Source: Podarcis erhardii
Taxonomy: Eukaryota
Length of the DNA: 64,000 nt
Reading direction: 5' to 3' (one strand)
Assembly: GCA_964252035.1 (NCBI GenBank)
Contig: OZ176201.1
Positions within the stretch are counted from its first letter, which is position 1, and each line of letters opens with the position of its first letter. Made by a program: the position numbers and the translations under genes. The notes under the pieces were generated by a model. It saw only the letters and a list, made by a program, of their open reading frames with translations. It was not told the DNA's origin and ran no database searches. Below, piece after piece: positions 12,510-24,336 of this stretch.

Positions 12510-13143
12510 TCAGGGAGGGCAACCGAAATGATCAAGGGGATGGAGCAACTTCCTTGTAAGGAAAGATGGCAGCATTTGGGGCTTTTTAGTTTAGGAGAGC
12601 AGGCAAGTAAGAGGAAGCATGGACGTGGATATCCAGAAACTGAATAGAGAAAAGTCCCCCCTTCATAATAGCAGAACACAGGGGTGCCAAAATTTTGGAA
12701 GATTTAGGACAATACTTTGCACAGCGCATCGTTCAGCGATTGGCTTGGCTCTCACGGAAGGTAGTGATGGCCATAGCTGTCAATGTTTTCCTTTTTTTAA
12801 GGGAAATTCACTTATTCCAAATAGGATTCCTCGCAAGAAAAGGGAAAAGTTGACAGCTATAGTGATGGCTGCCAAACCGGATAGCTTTAAAAGAGGGCTA
12901 GACTAACTCATGGATGATAAGGCTACTAGTGCCTGCTAACCATAATGGCTATGTTCTCCTTCCCCTGTTACAGGTACTACGTCTTTGAATGCCGGTTGCT
13001 GCAATCACAAGCAGGGAGAGTACTGTTGCCCTCAGATCCTACTGCCAGGCTTGCCATAGGCATCTGTTCAGCCACTGTGAGAACAGGATGCTGGACAAGA
13101 TGAGCCATTGGCCTGATCCTGCAAAGGCTCTTCTTATGTTCTT
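12510..13143 (+). mobile_element. CR1 LINE 3' fragment including 3' UTR, interrupted by a MITE
   Basis: AAATGATCAAGGGGATGGAGCAACT... through GATGCTGGACAAGATGAGCCATTGGCCTGATCC...TCTTATGTTCTT. Confidence 0.8.
12772..12861. mobile_element. 90-bp hAT MITE nested in CR1
   Basis: TIRs CATAGCTGTCAA / TTGACAGCTATA; perfect 8-bp TSD GTGATGGC at 12764-12771 and 12862-12869. Confidence 0.85.
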
Positions 13144-16100
13144 GGGTCCACCCTCTAGCAAGTGGAATGCTTTTGTATTGCGGAGTGATTACATTCTGCA
13201 TGGCACTTGCTTGGAATCGAAGCGAACCGAGAGCTTTTTTCTTTCTTTTTTTTTTTTTTAACCAAGCAAAGCTAGGAGAAAATTCTGTTAAGGCGACTGC
13301 CAAAGAGAGTTAAAAAGGCTTTTCTTGCCATTTAAAAAAATAATAATAATAAGGCTGCTCTATTCTGTTATGCTGAGATGTCCGCATCGGAGAACTTCCT
13401 GCGACTTTACAGTCTGAGGTGCCAGCATGTGCTCATTCAAGATGGTGAGAGAGATTTCAGAAACATCTGCCAGTGGCATTGCTATAAAAAGCCCACCTGC
13501 TGAATTTTGTGTATGTTTTGTAGGAGTACGAGTGTTTCCCAGTCCCGGCTCCTGGGGTGTTGCTTCCCTTTTCCTTGGTGGTGTCCCAGTTACAACAAGT
13601 AGCTGTGTTTTTTAGCTGCTTAATTACTTACTAGGAATTGTATTCAGGAAAGTGGGGTGGTGGTGGTGGTGGGAATTTGTGCCGTGCAAGACACTTTGTT
13701 CCTTTTGTGCAGTTAAAGAGTATGTTGTCTAGGAAACACAATGCCCTGGAGAAAGATGCTGCCGCTTTCTTTCCCCTCCCTTCCCTGCTGGCTTCTTTCT
13801 TGCAACCAGCGACACAAATGCTTTCCTTTCCTTCAGCTGTCCCCTTAAGAGTTCCATATGCAAAAACTTTAATTTCTGAAATTCTCTCTCTGTCTCTCTG
13901 TCTCTCTCTCTGTGTGTGTGATATTTTTTTGCCACACAACAGAGAGCCTGGGTCAGGACTCACTGCTTCATGGTGCCTATATAAGGAGCAGCCTTGTGTG
14001 GAGTGTCAGACTTGTAACCCCTGACTAGCAGATATTCCATAATCCCAAGGGGAAATGTTATGCAGACTGTCTATCAGCAATTCTATATACCTGGGTGGAG
14101 TCAGATAACCTTTTCTGTCTAGTGGGCTGCATTCACCTTTTGACCAACCCACAGCTCTTCCCTCCTCAGATCATCTGTGCAGATCAGCTGAGGAAGCGGG
14201 TTATTGCCCACCTCCCCATTCATCAAATGATCAATCTGATAGCTGGGGTGGCAGCAATTTGCATCCCCATCAGAGCACTGGGGGGGCGGGGGAGATGTTG
14301 ACATCTCTGCCCAGCACAGCACTGTGTCTGTTTTTCTTTTGCTGCCATCAAGAAAATCAGTGGAGTCTTGGGAGGCAATATATATATATTTGCCAGGAAA
14401 GGGGACAGATCAGACTATTAGGTCAGGGGTTAGCCGTCCTGGTTCAGGAGACGCTAGAAACTGAATCAGGGCTTTTATCCATTCAGAGCATGAGTTCTGC
14501 CACTGAGCTGGAACCTCTCCTTTCTAAGGTGGGAAGATCAGCTCTTCAAATGATGGGTCTTTCTTGCTCTCCTTTGATTTCAGAGCATGAAGGCAAAAAT
14601 CGGTCACCTGTCAAACCATGGAGGTGGGTAGGCAAGATAACAATCTGACCCACTGGCCAGATCTAGTTTCCCTCAGCTCTGTTGTATGAAGTTGGGCCAC
14701 TCATTGCCTTTTGGAGTAACCTTCATGCAGAGGACTTTTGCAGGCACTGCCAGACAGCTGATTGGCGGAGCTTGCTAACTCCCTTTAACTGCTCCACGCC
14801 TGAAATCATGTAGGATGTCAAGTGAGGGTGACAACTGCTACAATGGCCTCACAAGCCAGATGAGGAGGCCAGGCAGAGTTAATAAGGTACCCAGACTTCA
14901 GGCTCCTTACTTCTGTCATACAACGGGCTTTTGGCTGAGTGGGAATTTTGAATTGGGAGTCTCTCTAGTTTGACTGATACGCTTAACTTTTATTCTATGC
15001 TGGCTGTCCACTAACTTGAGAAACATATGGGCTTAATTTTTTTTGGGGGGGGGGTCTTGTTATCTACATAACCACCTTGACAGTTCAAAGCGTGGAAATT
15101 TGTGCAGTGCAGTGTATGCTTAATTGGGACTGGAGTGTTTAGTGGTGAGTAGGTACACAATGAAAGAATAGTTCAGTCATGTCTATTTAAGAAGTTAGGT
15201 GCATTTGTGCTTTCAGCTGGAAAATATATATAAAATCGATCTTGTGATTCATTCATAGGAAATAATCTAATTTTATTATATATATGAAAAAACTGCCCAT
15301 TAGAGATGTCTTAAAACTCTTACGTTGAGTTCCCACTGTTCCGGGTCACAATTTATTTGTTTATTTATTTAAAGCATTTGTGCTGCACCCTTCAGCCGGA
15401 AAGGTTCCCAGAGGGGCTCACATCTTGCCTCATAATTTTCTGTTCTCGCCCCCCACAAATGTAGCTTGTTTATTGAGAAACAACTAAAAAATTAGAAAGC
15501 AGCTTTGCCGGTCCATAAGGGAAGAATCCCAAACTGCAATACTTTCATTAGGACGATCCCAAAAGTCATAAACTTACGATCAAGCTTCTTTGAGTTCTCC
15601 AGAATTCTTCATCAGATGTAATCAAAAGTCAAGGAGAGTGAGAGAAGTAGCAACTAGGTGTGCAGGTCTTAAGGTGGAAAGGACGAGAGTCATGCTATCA
15701 TAATTGGATTGGTATCCCCATGTGCACAACAGGACAGGTATCCAAGCCTTGCTCTGTTATTTTAGAGGCCATTTTTGCAACAGGACTGAGATCTTGTTTA
15801 ACTTGGACCATAGTATCAAGCAAGAGTTAAGACATACAGACACTAAAGGAAAGGAAGAAGAGGTGATGATAAATAGTTCTCCATGCACAGGGATGTATCT
15901 ATATTGCATGCTTAGATGGAGGTTGATTGTGGTACGGAATGGGCTTGGCTCCTGTCATTACTGTGATTCTTCTTCTTCTTATTATTTATTTACCTTTGTT
16001 TTGCTCCTCCCCTCCCTTTGGGTTTTTGGGGCATATGCATTGAACTCTTTGTCTCCGTTGGCCCAGTGTCCTCTGCCTGTCCCTCCTCCATTGCTGCTGC

Positions 16101-16795
16101 TGCCCAGCTCTGGGTAAGTGGCAAGCCCCAGACACAATAGATTGCTATTAATAACCTGCACTGCACCTTCTGCAGGAGTCTCCTCCTGAGAGGCTATGAA
16201 TATTTGATACTTGGAGGGGGGACTTTCTGCTGCTCTCCATCCTGATTGCTGCTGGGAAGTCCTGCTGGGATCAAGAGGTCGCTCAGGAGGGAGCAAGGCA
16301 TATCAGTGCAGCTCAGCAAATAGAAGGCCTGGTTGTTTTCCTCCTGGATTTTTATTGAAATAATTAGCTCTCAGAATGCACAGCTTGACACCTGAGGGTT
16401 TTGTGTTCATAAGTGCACTGTTTGACATTTTTTAAAATATGGGACCGTTCATGGGAGTTCTCAACCCCTAAGGTCATTTTCCTCCTATTTAGTCCACCTC
16501 CACTGTTGTGGCCAGAGCTGGCTTTTCCTTGCAGTATCCTATGTTTTCCTGGACCTGTTCTCTGTTAGCATCATCTTGTGCTTCAGCATATACCATCTCT
16601 GCCTTCCGTACAGGTGTATTTCATGGGCTATCTGGCTTTTGAATGCAGCCTCCCAGACCCAGAGGGATGTGATCCTAAAGGACATCCTCATCTCTCCTTT
16701 CTCATCCCTCCCCTTCTTACCCCATATCCAGCATGCAGCAGTGTGACTGGCAACAGGCTGAATTAATCAGTGGCTTGGTGCTTCACTCTGCTGTT

Positions 16796-16830
16796 CCTCT
16801 CCCTCTCTCTCTCTCCCTCTCTCTCTCTCT
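16796..16830. repeat. Imperfect (CT)n tract upstream of exon 1B
   Basis: Read directly. Confidence 0.9.
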
Positions 16831-16944
16831 TTCTGCAGCGTTGCGCTGTGCGCACTCTCTCTATTGCTCTCTGCTTCTCTCTGGATAGCAGCATTGGAAG
16901 TTGCTCTTCAAGGTTCCAAGTGCTGCGCTGCAATCTTAGCCCAG

Positions 16945-16998
16945 ATGCTTTTTAAACAGACAGATTTGTGGATGTCCCAGCAAGCCAAAAGTGGCAAA
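16945..16998 (+). CDS. TMEM94: TMEM94 alternative coding exon 1B (MLFKQTDLWMSQQAKSGK)
   Basis: 18 codons ending AAA|gtaagt (consensus donor, phase 0, fits the 28504 acceptor). Resembles a mammalian isoform N-terminus I recall as MLFKQAELWM. Upstream (CT)n-ttctgcAG acceptor-like site at 16838. Confidence 0.8.
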
Positions 16999-17534
16999 GT
17001 AAGTTTACCTTTTGCGCTTTCTATTTCTTTCTCTTTTCTAACGTTTGAATTCAAGATGGCTTTTCCCTTCCTTTCCTGCATGTTTTCCTGAGCTGCTAAT
17101 GTACAGAAGGCTTCTGAGGTTGCCTATGTGTGTGAGCTTAAGGCAGATGAGCCGCATTAAATGGCAATATATATATTATGGAAAGGAGGACCTCTTCCTT
17201 TCTGCTAGGCTTGTTCTATCACTGGGAGAATTTGGGCTCTGAGCACAGTGTATAGATGCCTTGAGCTTTAGTGAATCCTTGTGTCTGTTTAGGGGTTCAG
17301 ATTTGTCTGTTTCTTACACATGCCTGAGCACTGCGCCACTAAGTGCCACTTCCTACTGGTATACTTGAGGGGTGGGGTGTGTGGGGGTTAATGCTGTGGC
17401 ATAAACTAGCAGGGATCGTGTGTGGCAAATTTCCTGGATCTGGAGGATTGCCAAGTATGTTCAAGGGAAGCAAATGTGGCAATGATCCATCCTTGCAGAT
17501 TAATAAATCTAGGATTACAGTCAGCTGTGGCTGG

Positions 17535-17536
<2 letters not shown>

Positions 17537-17578
<42 letters not shown>
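17537..17578. repeat. (GT)21 microsatellite
   Basis: Read directly. Confidence 0.95.
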
Positions 17579-17581
<3 letters not shown>

Positions 17582-18368
17582 TACCGACTACGCATATTAT
17601 TCTCCAGCGTTAGGGAAATATGTATAGTAATATATGCTTTAATATCACATTATGTAACATGCCTTTAAAACAGCACAAACACCAATCCCCATGGCACATG
17701 TGTTAGCTACATAGAAATCCAGCCCCAGGGTGATCTGCAGGTACAAGAACAGCCGCGGGAACAAAGTAGGAAAGCTGTATAGCATGCAGTTGCCTGAAGG
17801 AACTGCCTCTTCACCCAGTACCCTAAAATGAAGGAGGAGCCAGCGAGCAAGCAAAAGCTGAGGTTTGCATTGTCAGTACAAAGAAGTTTATCCTGGTTAT
17901 TGGCATTCAGCCTTCTGCTTTTGTATGACCCTAAAAACACCCTGATGTCCAGAAGAAAGTAGATTCGTTCATATAGAGGGCCATGACCAATGTTGGTAAT
18001 GTACTCAAGCCCTGTGTAGATTTGCGATGCTAAGTTGGAATCTCCAAATGTAAAGATTCTGTAATTTCTAAGAGGCAAGGAAGACTTGCAGCATCGTGTA
18101 AAATGGAGCTTCTGTAGTCACCTGAGTGGATGGAGCTTCTCTGCTAAAGAGAGATAGGAAGTCCTAGTTTGCTTTGGCAGCTTGTTCCTGAAACTGGATG
18201 GAGCCTGATGCTGTTATTAATTTGAGCAGTGCTGCAGATGTGGTCTATGCCAGCAGTTATGGATCGAGCCGGATGTGGTCTGCCATGGATTTCCTTAGTG
18301 GTGCCAACTTTGGTTAAGTATGCCACAAGTCAAATCCATAGCAAGCATAAGGCAGGGTGACCCTAGTG

Positions 18369-18504
18369 CAGGCATGGCCAAACTTGGCCCTCCAGATGTT
18401 TTGGGACTACAATTCCCATCATCCTTGACCACTGGTCCTGTTAGCTAGGGATGATGGGAGTTGTAGTCCCAAAACATCTGGCGGGCCAAGTTGGGCCATG
18501 CCTG
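18369..18504. mobile_element. 136-bp hairpin hAT-Charlie MITE
   Basis: Near-perfect long inverted arms starting CAGGCATGGCC; perfect 8-bp TSD CCCTAGTG (central TA, typical of Charlie) at 18361-18368 and 18505-18512. Confidence 0.92.
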
Positions 18505-19429
18505 CCCTAGTGTATGCTACAAGCCCACTATGTCTCCAAGTGCTTTTTCTTTTAGTCTACTAGGCTGGGGAGGCAAGCACAGTGTAGCATTGGAGAAGCA
18601 AGCAAGAACATGGAGAAATCTGCCCGTATAAAGATAGTATACAGTATATATACCATTAACCTGGTCCATGGACTCAGTTATTCTTAACCAGGTGTGCTTA
18701 ACCCCCTCTTTAATTGTGCCCTTTATGGTACCTTTATGGTTCAATACCCGTGGCCTAATTCATCTGATCTGAATAATACTTGCTCACTTGCTATGATGTG
18801 GAATGTGAATTGTTTGAGAACTCTGTTCATTCTATATGCTCTATGCTAGATGCAAGAGTGTAGGCCATAATGAGGACATAAGGAGGCTCAGTGAGCAGTG
18901 TAGCCCTGCTGGTATAATTTGTGGCTTTTTTGTTTGGCAAAGTTTTTTTCCTGTTTGAAATTCATAAGATCCTTAGTAGTCCATGCAACAGGTTTGGGCA
19001 TGCATGAGCAGGCAGGGGAGTGGAGTTCCCATGACACTACTGTACATATTCTTGCTGATGATGTTCCTTTCCTGCCCCCTCCTCCATGGTTACCCACACT
19101 TTCCATTTCCACAGGAAGTTCACACGTGGAGATGCCACAAGTTGGAAAGGACCAAAATGCCATTGGCTCCAACCCAACAGATAGCTGGGAATCATGTTTA
19201 TTCCTTCCAAATGATGGTGGTGGTGGGGAATTGTTTTCCTACCATTGTTCTGAGATAGAGAGACTGAAGGCTTGATTGCAATCTAACTTGGCTTATAACT
19301 CTCTGCAGTAGGAAATCACATTTTGTGCTAATTTTCTCCTGACTTGCTTGTTCTATAACACAAGAAAGTGTTGAGGAAACAACAGTAACAGGATCAGGAT
19401 AATAGAAGGAAGAGGGACTTATCTGTCTA

Positions 19430-19780
19430 CAGTGGTGCCCCGCAAGACGAACGCCTCGGAAGACGAAAAACTCGCTAGACGAAGGAGTTTTTCGTTTTCT
19501 TAGCCGCTTCGCAAGACGCATCTCCCTATGGGCGCGCGGCGCTTCCCCTCTGTCCCCGGTGATTGCGGGGCAGGCAATGGGGAGAAGCAATCTTCTCCCC
19601 GCCGCCCCTTGCTTTAAACAGGTCCGCGGCGCTTCCCCTCCGTCCCCGGACGGTCTCCATAGGAGCGCATTGATTGATTTTCAATGCATTCCTATGGGAA
19701 ACTGTGCTTCGCAAGACGAAAAACTCGCAAGAAGAAAAAACTTGCGGAACGAATTAATTTCGTCTTGCGATGCACCACTG
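19430..19780. mobile_element. Tigger/pogo-like MITE, family B
   Basis: TA|CAGTGGTGCCCCGCAAGACGAA ... TTCGTCTTGCGATGCACCACTG|TA (22-bp TIR, 2 mismatches); CpG-rich, so young. Confidence 0.9.
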
Positions 19781-20092
19781 TACATTTGTTTCTCATTTCC
19801 CCCCAGTCTTAAGTTCATTTTGCCACTTTCCACATCAGTTTATGATTTTTTTATAAATAAGAGTCTCGTGAAAATTTGCCAGCATATTAGTTCACGTTTC
19901 TTGCATGTAATTTTCCCCTAAAATAATGCATGTTTTATACTTTTCATGAACATGTACATATTTATACACACTTTCCCCAAATAAGATGTGTCTTTGCATG
20001 CATTTTTTGGTTGGAGAATTGCATTGCACAACTTGGCAAGATGTGCATTTCAGAAGACAGCTGCATTTTGATTTCCTTGTAGGTAGGTAAGT

Positions 20093-20453
20093 GGGACGCG
20101 GGTGGCGCTGAGAGTTAAACCACAGAGCCTAGGACTTGCCGATCAGAAGGTTGGCGGTTCAAATCTCCGCGACGGGGTGAGCTCCCGTTGCTCGGTCCCT
20201 GCTCCTGCCAATCTAGCAGTTCGAAAGCACATCAAAGTGCAAGTAGATAAATAGGTACCACTCCGGCAGGAAGGTAAACGGCATTTCCGTGCACTGCTCT
20301 GGTTCGCCAGAAGCGGCTTAGTCATGCTGACCACATGACCTGGAAGCTGTATGCTGGCTCCCTCGGCCAGTAAAGCAAGATGAGCGCCACAACCCCAGAG
20401 TCATCCGCGACTGGATCTAATGGTCAGGGGTCCCTTTACCCCCTTTACCCTTT
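20093..20453 (+). mobile_element. Full-length Sauria-type SINE
   Basis: GGGACGCGGGTGGCGCTG head with pol III A/B-box-like motifs, (ACCTTT)-like tail, flanking direct repeat TAGGTAAGT. Confidence 0.92.
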
Positions 20454-21390
20454 AGGTAAGTAGCTCCATTAGTGTCATTAAACATGTGTGCCTATCAGCC
20501 TGGTTCTTCACCTTGCTTGCCTTTTAGTCTGTCTTGCATACCTTCTTTTGAACACTATATCTTCCTACCAACGAGGCACCAACTGCAAGCCTGGCCATGT
20601 TAGCAATAGCTTTGCATTTGGATATTCCCATCCCCAACAAAAACCAAAGTTTGGAATATGAAATCCCAAGAGCCCCAAATGTGATATGGTGCTTAGGAAT
20701 GTCAATCTCTTTCAAAACAACAGTGCCTTCCAAACCTGGGCTGGTGCCGAATGTGTGTGGTTGTTGTTTTGTAAGTTATCTTTTTTAAATTGAGTTTTCA
20801 AAACACCTTGGTACAGATGGCATAATTTCAGACACAGTAGCAAGGCATGGTATTTGAATCACTTTAATAAGACAATAAAAGTGGCTAAATTTTGAATGCT
20901 GGTTCTTGCTTTTCAAAAAGAAGTGATTATGCCATCTTGGCGTTGGAAGCGTCCCCTTGACTTCCATCCCTGACCAAGATAAAACCCTTTCTTCTCATTT
21001 AATTTCTAATATGAAGTGATGTTCCTAAGAGACACTGTGCGGTGGTGAAAATGACACCTGCTTGCTCTCACAATAGAGAAGAGATCCGCTTGTTCTGTGC
21101 TTGTCCCTTGATAATGGTTACATAACTGGCACCAAGGAGAGAGAGAGAAGGGAGAGTTGTCAAAGTAACTCCTCCCCATGTATTGTGTCTCGAAGGGGCC
21201 ACCTGTGTAATATATTTATTGAGCACAAAATAACAACACTCGGTGAATAGTGCTTTCTCCCATGTTGGAGTGATGATCAAAAGATTGTCTGCGACACGAC
21301 TGTGATAGGTGGCATGCAACCTGTTGAAAAGGTTCTTGTGCCGGGATGTTTTTAACGTTTGATGATCTATTATGTTTCTATATTCTGCTG

Positions 21391-21460
21391 GAAGCCGCCC
21401 AGAGTGGTTGGGGAATCCCAGCCAGATGGGTGAGGTATAAATAATAAAATTATTATTATA
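21391..21460 (+). mobile_element. LINE (L2/CR1-clade) 3' terminus with AT tail
   Basis: GAAGCCGCCCAGAGTGG...GCCAGATGGG..GGTATAAATAATAAAATTATTATT; further copies at 45727, 60437 and 62766. Confidence 0.7.
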
Positions 21461-22423
21461 AAAGTAATAATTCTGGGAAAAATTCAGCATAGCGCTAAGG
21501 AGATTGCCCCATCAGCACAAGCATTTCTGCAGGAATAATCTGTCTCTCCCTGCCCCATGCGCTGTTCCAGGGCTCTCCTGACCCCCTTGAGCCAATTTGG
21601 GGGAAGGAACACTGCAGAAGGAGAGGGTGGGAAAGCCCCGTTGCACTGGTGGAGGTCTTTGAGCAGGTTCCTGTTGCCAGGACTGCTTAGTTGAATCCAG
21701 CTCAAAGTAGTAATGGCAGGACAAACAGCAGTCTCATTTTGCATATGGATCTTGCACTGGATTTTGTGTAGTCTGAAAATGGACCCTGTGTTGGTAGGAA
21801 GAAGCTGCAGAATGCCCCCTGCCCAAAAGGGCCATGACTTCCTTGAGGTTCTCAGGTGGTCCAAAGAAAACAGCCCCTGCTGCAATGCAATATTCTTGAT
21901 TCATTAACTCTGGCTAAGGATCACTATTAGCCATAGGATTGCATGGCCCCTCTTCCTTTCTTTGGTGTTTCTCCTCTTGCATGCAAATCTCCATAACAAT
22001 CTTTTAACCATGGTGAGTATCAGTATCAACAAGACATCATAGCAGATTATTTTAAGGCTTCTACAGCACACAGCAAAGAAATTTATCTAGGTGGTGAATG
22101 TCATTTCCACAAACAGCATAAAAACACTTAAGCAACATCTGGGCAGTAATGCACAATGGTTATGCTATAGGCCAGAGAAGTCCTGAGTAAGCAGAAGATA
22201 TTGGTTAGAGGTACTGTGAAAAAAGATTTGCCTTTAGAAGAAGTTATGTTAATGCAGAACTGCCCGTGGAGAGATTCTCACATATAGGTGATGTCTACAC
22301 TGTCATGTATGATCCAGTTGAGATTTCTACATTGTAGGGGGTTGGACTAGATGACCCTTTCCTAGTCAATTTTCCTACTGCCCATCTACTGCACCTGTAT
22401 GTATGTATGTATCTATGTATTTA

Positions 22424-22426
<3 letters not shown>

Positions 22427-22456
<30 letters not shown>
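22427..22456. repeat. (GT)15 microsatellite
   Basis: Read directly. Confidence 0.95.
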
Positions 22457-22458
<2 letters not shown>

Positions 22459-22465
22459 TCTCAGA

Positions 22466-22600
22466 ACACTGGAGTCATAGAATTGTAGAGTTGGAAGGGA
22501 CCCTAGTCCAATCCCCTGCAATGCTGGAATATGCAGTTGTCCCATATGGGGATCAAACCTGCAATGTGCACAACTATGAAAGGGGAACCAACAGAAGATG
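22466..22600 (-). mobile_element. SINE or CR1 3' end with CR1-like tail
   Basis: The reverse strand ends ...GGTCCCTTCCAACTCTACAATTCTATGA. Confidence 0.6.
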
Positions 22601-22836
22601 ATTTCAGATCCCTCAGCTGGTTTGATTTCCATTTACCTTTCCATTATAATTTACTCTTTCTTTCATAGTTGTGCCATTGAGCATAACCTCACAACTTGCA
22701 GCATTATCCTAGAGTTTTGAGTTCCCTTGAGAGACGACTACTTTGCTAACAGCCACCATTGCTTGTTTTCTGGCAAATTGGGATTGCAGAGTGACAGTCA
22801 GAGGCAGGGTGCGGGTGTCTTGTCCATAACACTAGG

Positions 22837-22972
22837 NNNNNNNNNNNNNNNNNNNNNNNNNNNNNNNNNNNNNNNNNNNNNNNNNNNNNNNNNNNNNNNN
22901 NNNNNNNNNNNNNNNNNNNNNNNNNNNNNNNNNNNNNNNNNNNNNNNNNNNNNNNNNNNNNNNNNNNNNNNN
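22837..22972. other. Assembly gap (136 N)
   Basis: Run of N. Confidence 1.
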
Positions 22973-24336
22973 CACCATAGGCTAGATCAATCTTGCTTGC
23001 TATGTAATCAATGCAGAGCACTTGGTGCTTCTACTGCAGCCATTCATCTCTTTACAAATGGAGGTTTAGGCTTATTTAAACTTGAAATATCTGCTCAGCG
23101 AAACGGACGAATGTTAGTGCTGGGGGATGAGCAACTGCTTATCGTGTTGGAAAATAAATACAGACTATGTAGCAGGCGCCAGTGCTGAGAACACAATTGC
23201 ATTGTCCTACTCAGCATTCTCCTTCCTAACTTATTGAATTCATTTTGGAACCAATCCTGAGCTGTGTCGCCACTTTGCTTTTCAGTTATAATCCCTGCCA
23301 CCTTGCGTTTTTCTGTGCCAGAAGGGTTTCTACTATATCCAGACTCTGGGGAATTAGCTGCAAAGCCCCAAACTGCTAAAGGGTAGAGTGATAAGCAATG
23401 CCTGCAAAAACGATAGAAACTGCCATGGCACCTTAGGGACTAACTGGTTGGTTCTAGTGCATACCTGGTTTTTGTTTCTTTGTTTTACAAGCTGCTTTGA
23501 GCATGATTTTTGTGAATGAATGAATGAGATTGAATGAATACAACTTTGTGTGAAGGTTTTTTTTATACACACAATCTGTAAAAATTCAGGCTGCTCAGTA
23601 TATTATTTTTCTCCACTTGTGCCTTAATAGATGTGAGTAGGACAAGGAAGAAGAAAATGCAGGATCAACTTGTGCACATTGGCAGTGTCCAAAGTGTCAA
23701 AAAATGAAACTGATGCAGGAATACAATGGGAAAGGGGACACCCAAAGCTGCCCCCAAGATTCTCATTCAGATTTCTCAAGGTGCAGTCATGAGCTCTCGT
23801 GTCATTATCTTGTTTAAGTAAAATAATTTTGAGACCTTGGAAGCTAATAGAGAATAGCGAGCTTCTGCTCATCTTCTCCCTGGCAGGAAAGAAACTAGCT
23901 TTCTTCACTTACCAAAGGGTTTAGAGAGGACACGTATTAAATGGAGAACCCTGCTGCTGTTCATTTGCTGTTGCGTAGTGCTGTAAGAAGCTGAGAGCCT
24001 CTATAGTCTAACCGAAAAGCATGTCAGAACTGAGTCTCCAAACTGAAAATTTGAGAGACTTGTGGTACTTGGAATAAAGAAAATTGCTTCAGCTCCTCAT
24101 GCTGCTATGGGAGTTAGTAGGTGCTCCTCTGTATACATGCAGTGTTCCACATAATGTGTGAAAGCTGGACTTCTAGCTCAAGCACATAATCCAGACTATT
24201 CCTGCAGTGGTTCCATGGACTTCAAACCTGAATGGCTCTTACGCTTTTGAGGTGTATTCCAGTGTGTAGACATAATTCTTTATTATCATAATATGTGATG
24301 AATTCCTAACACACCTCTATGTGAAGATCCAAATTA

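Noticed and set aside
18669-18692. ATGGACTCAGTTATTCTTAACCAG|gtgtgc as the MD- start exon
   Set aside because: Weak donor and no similarity beyond MD; 5599-5622 fits much better.
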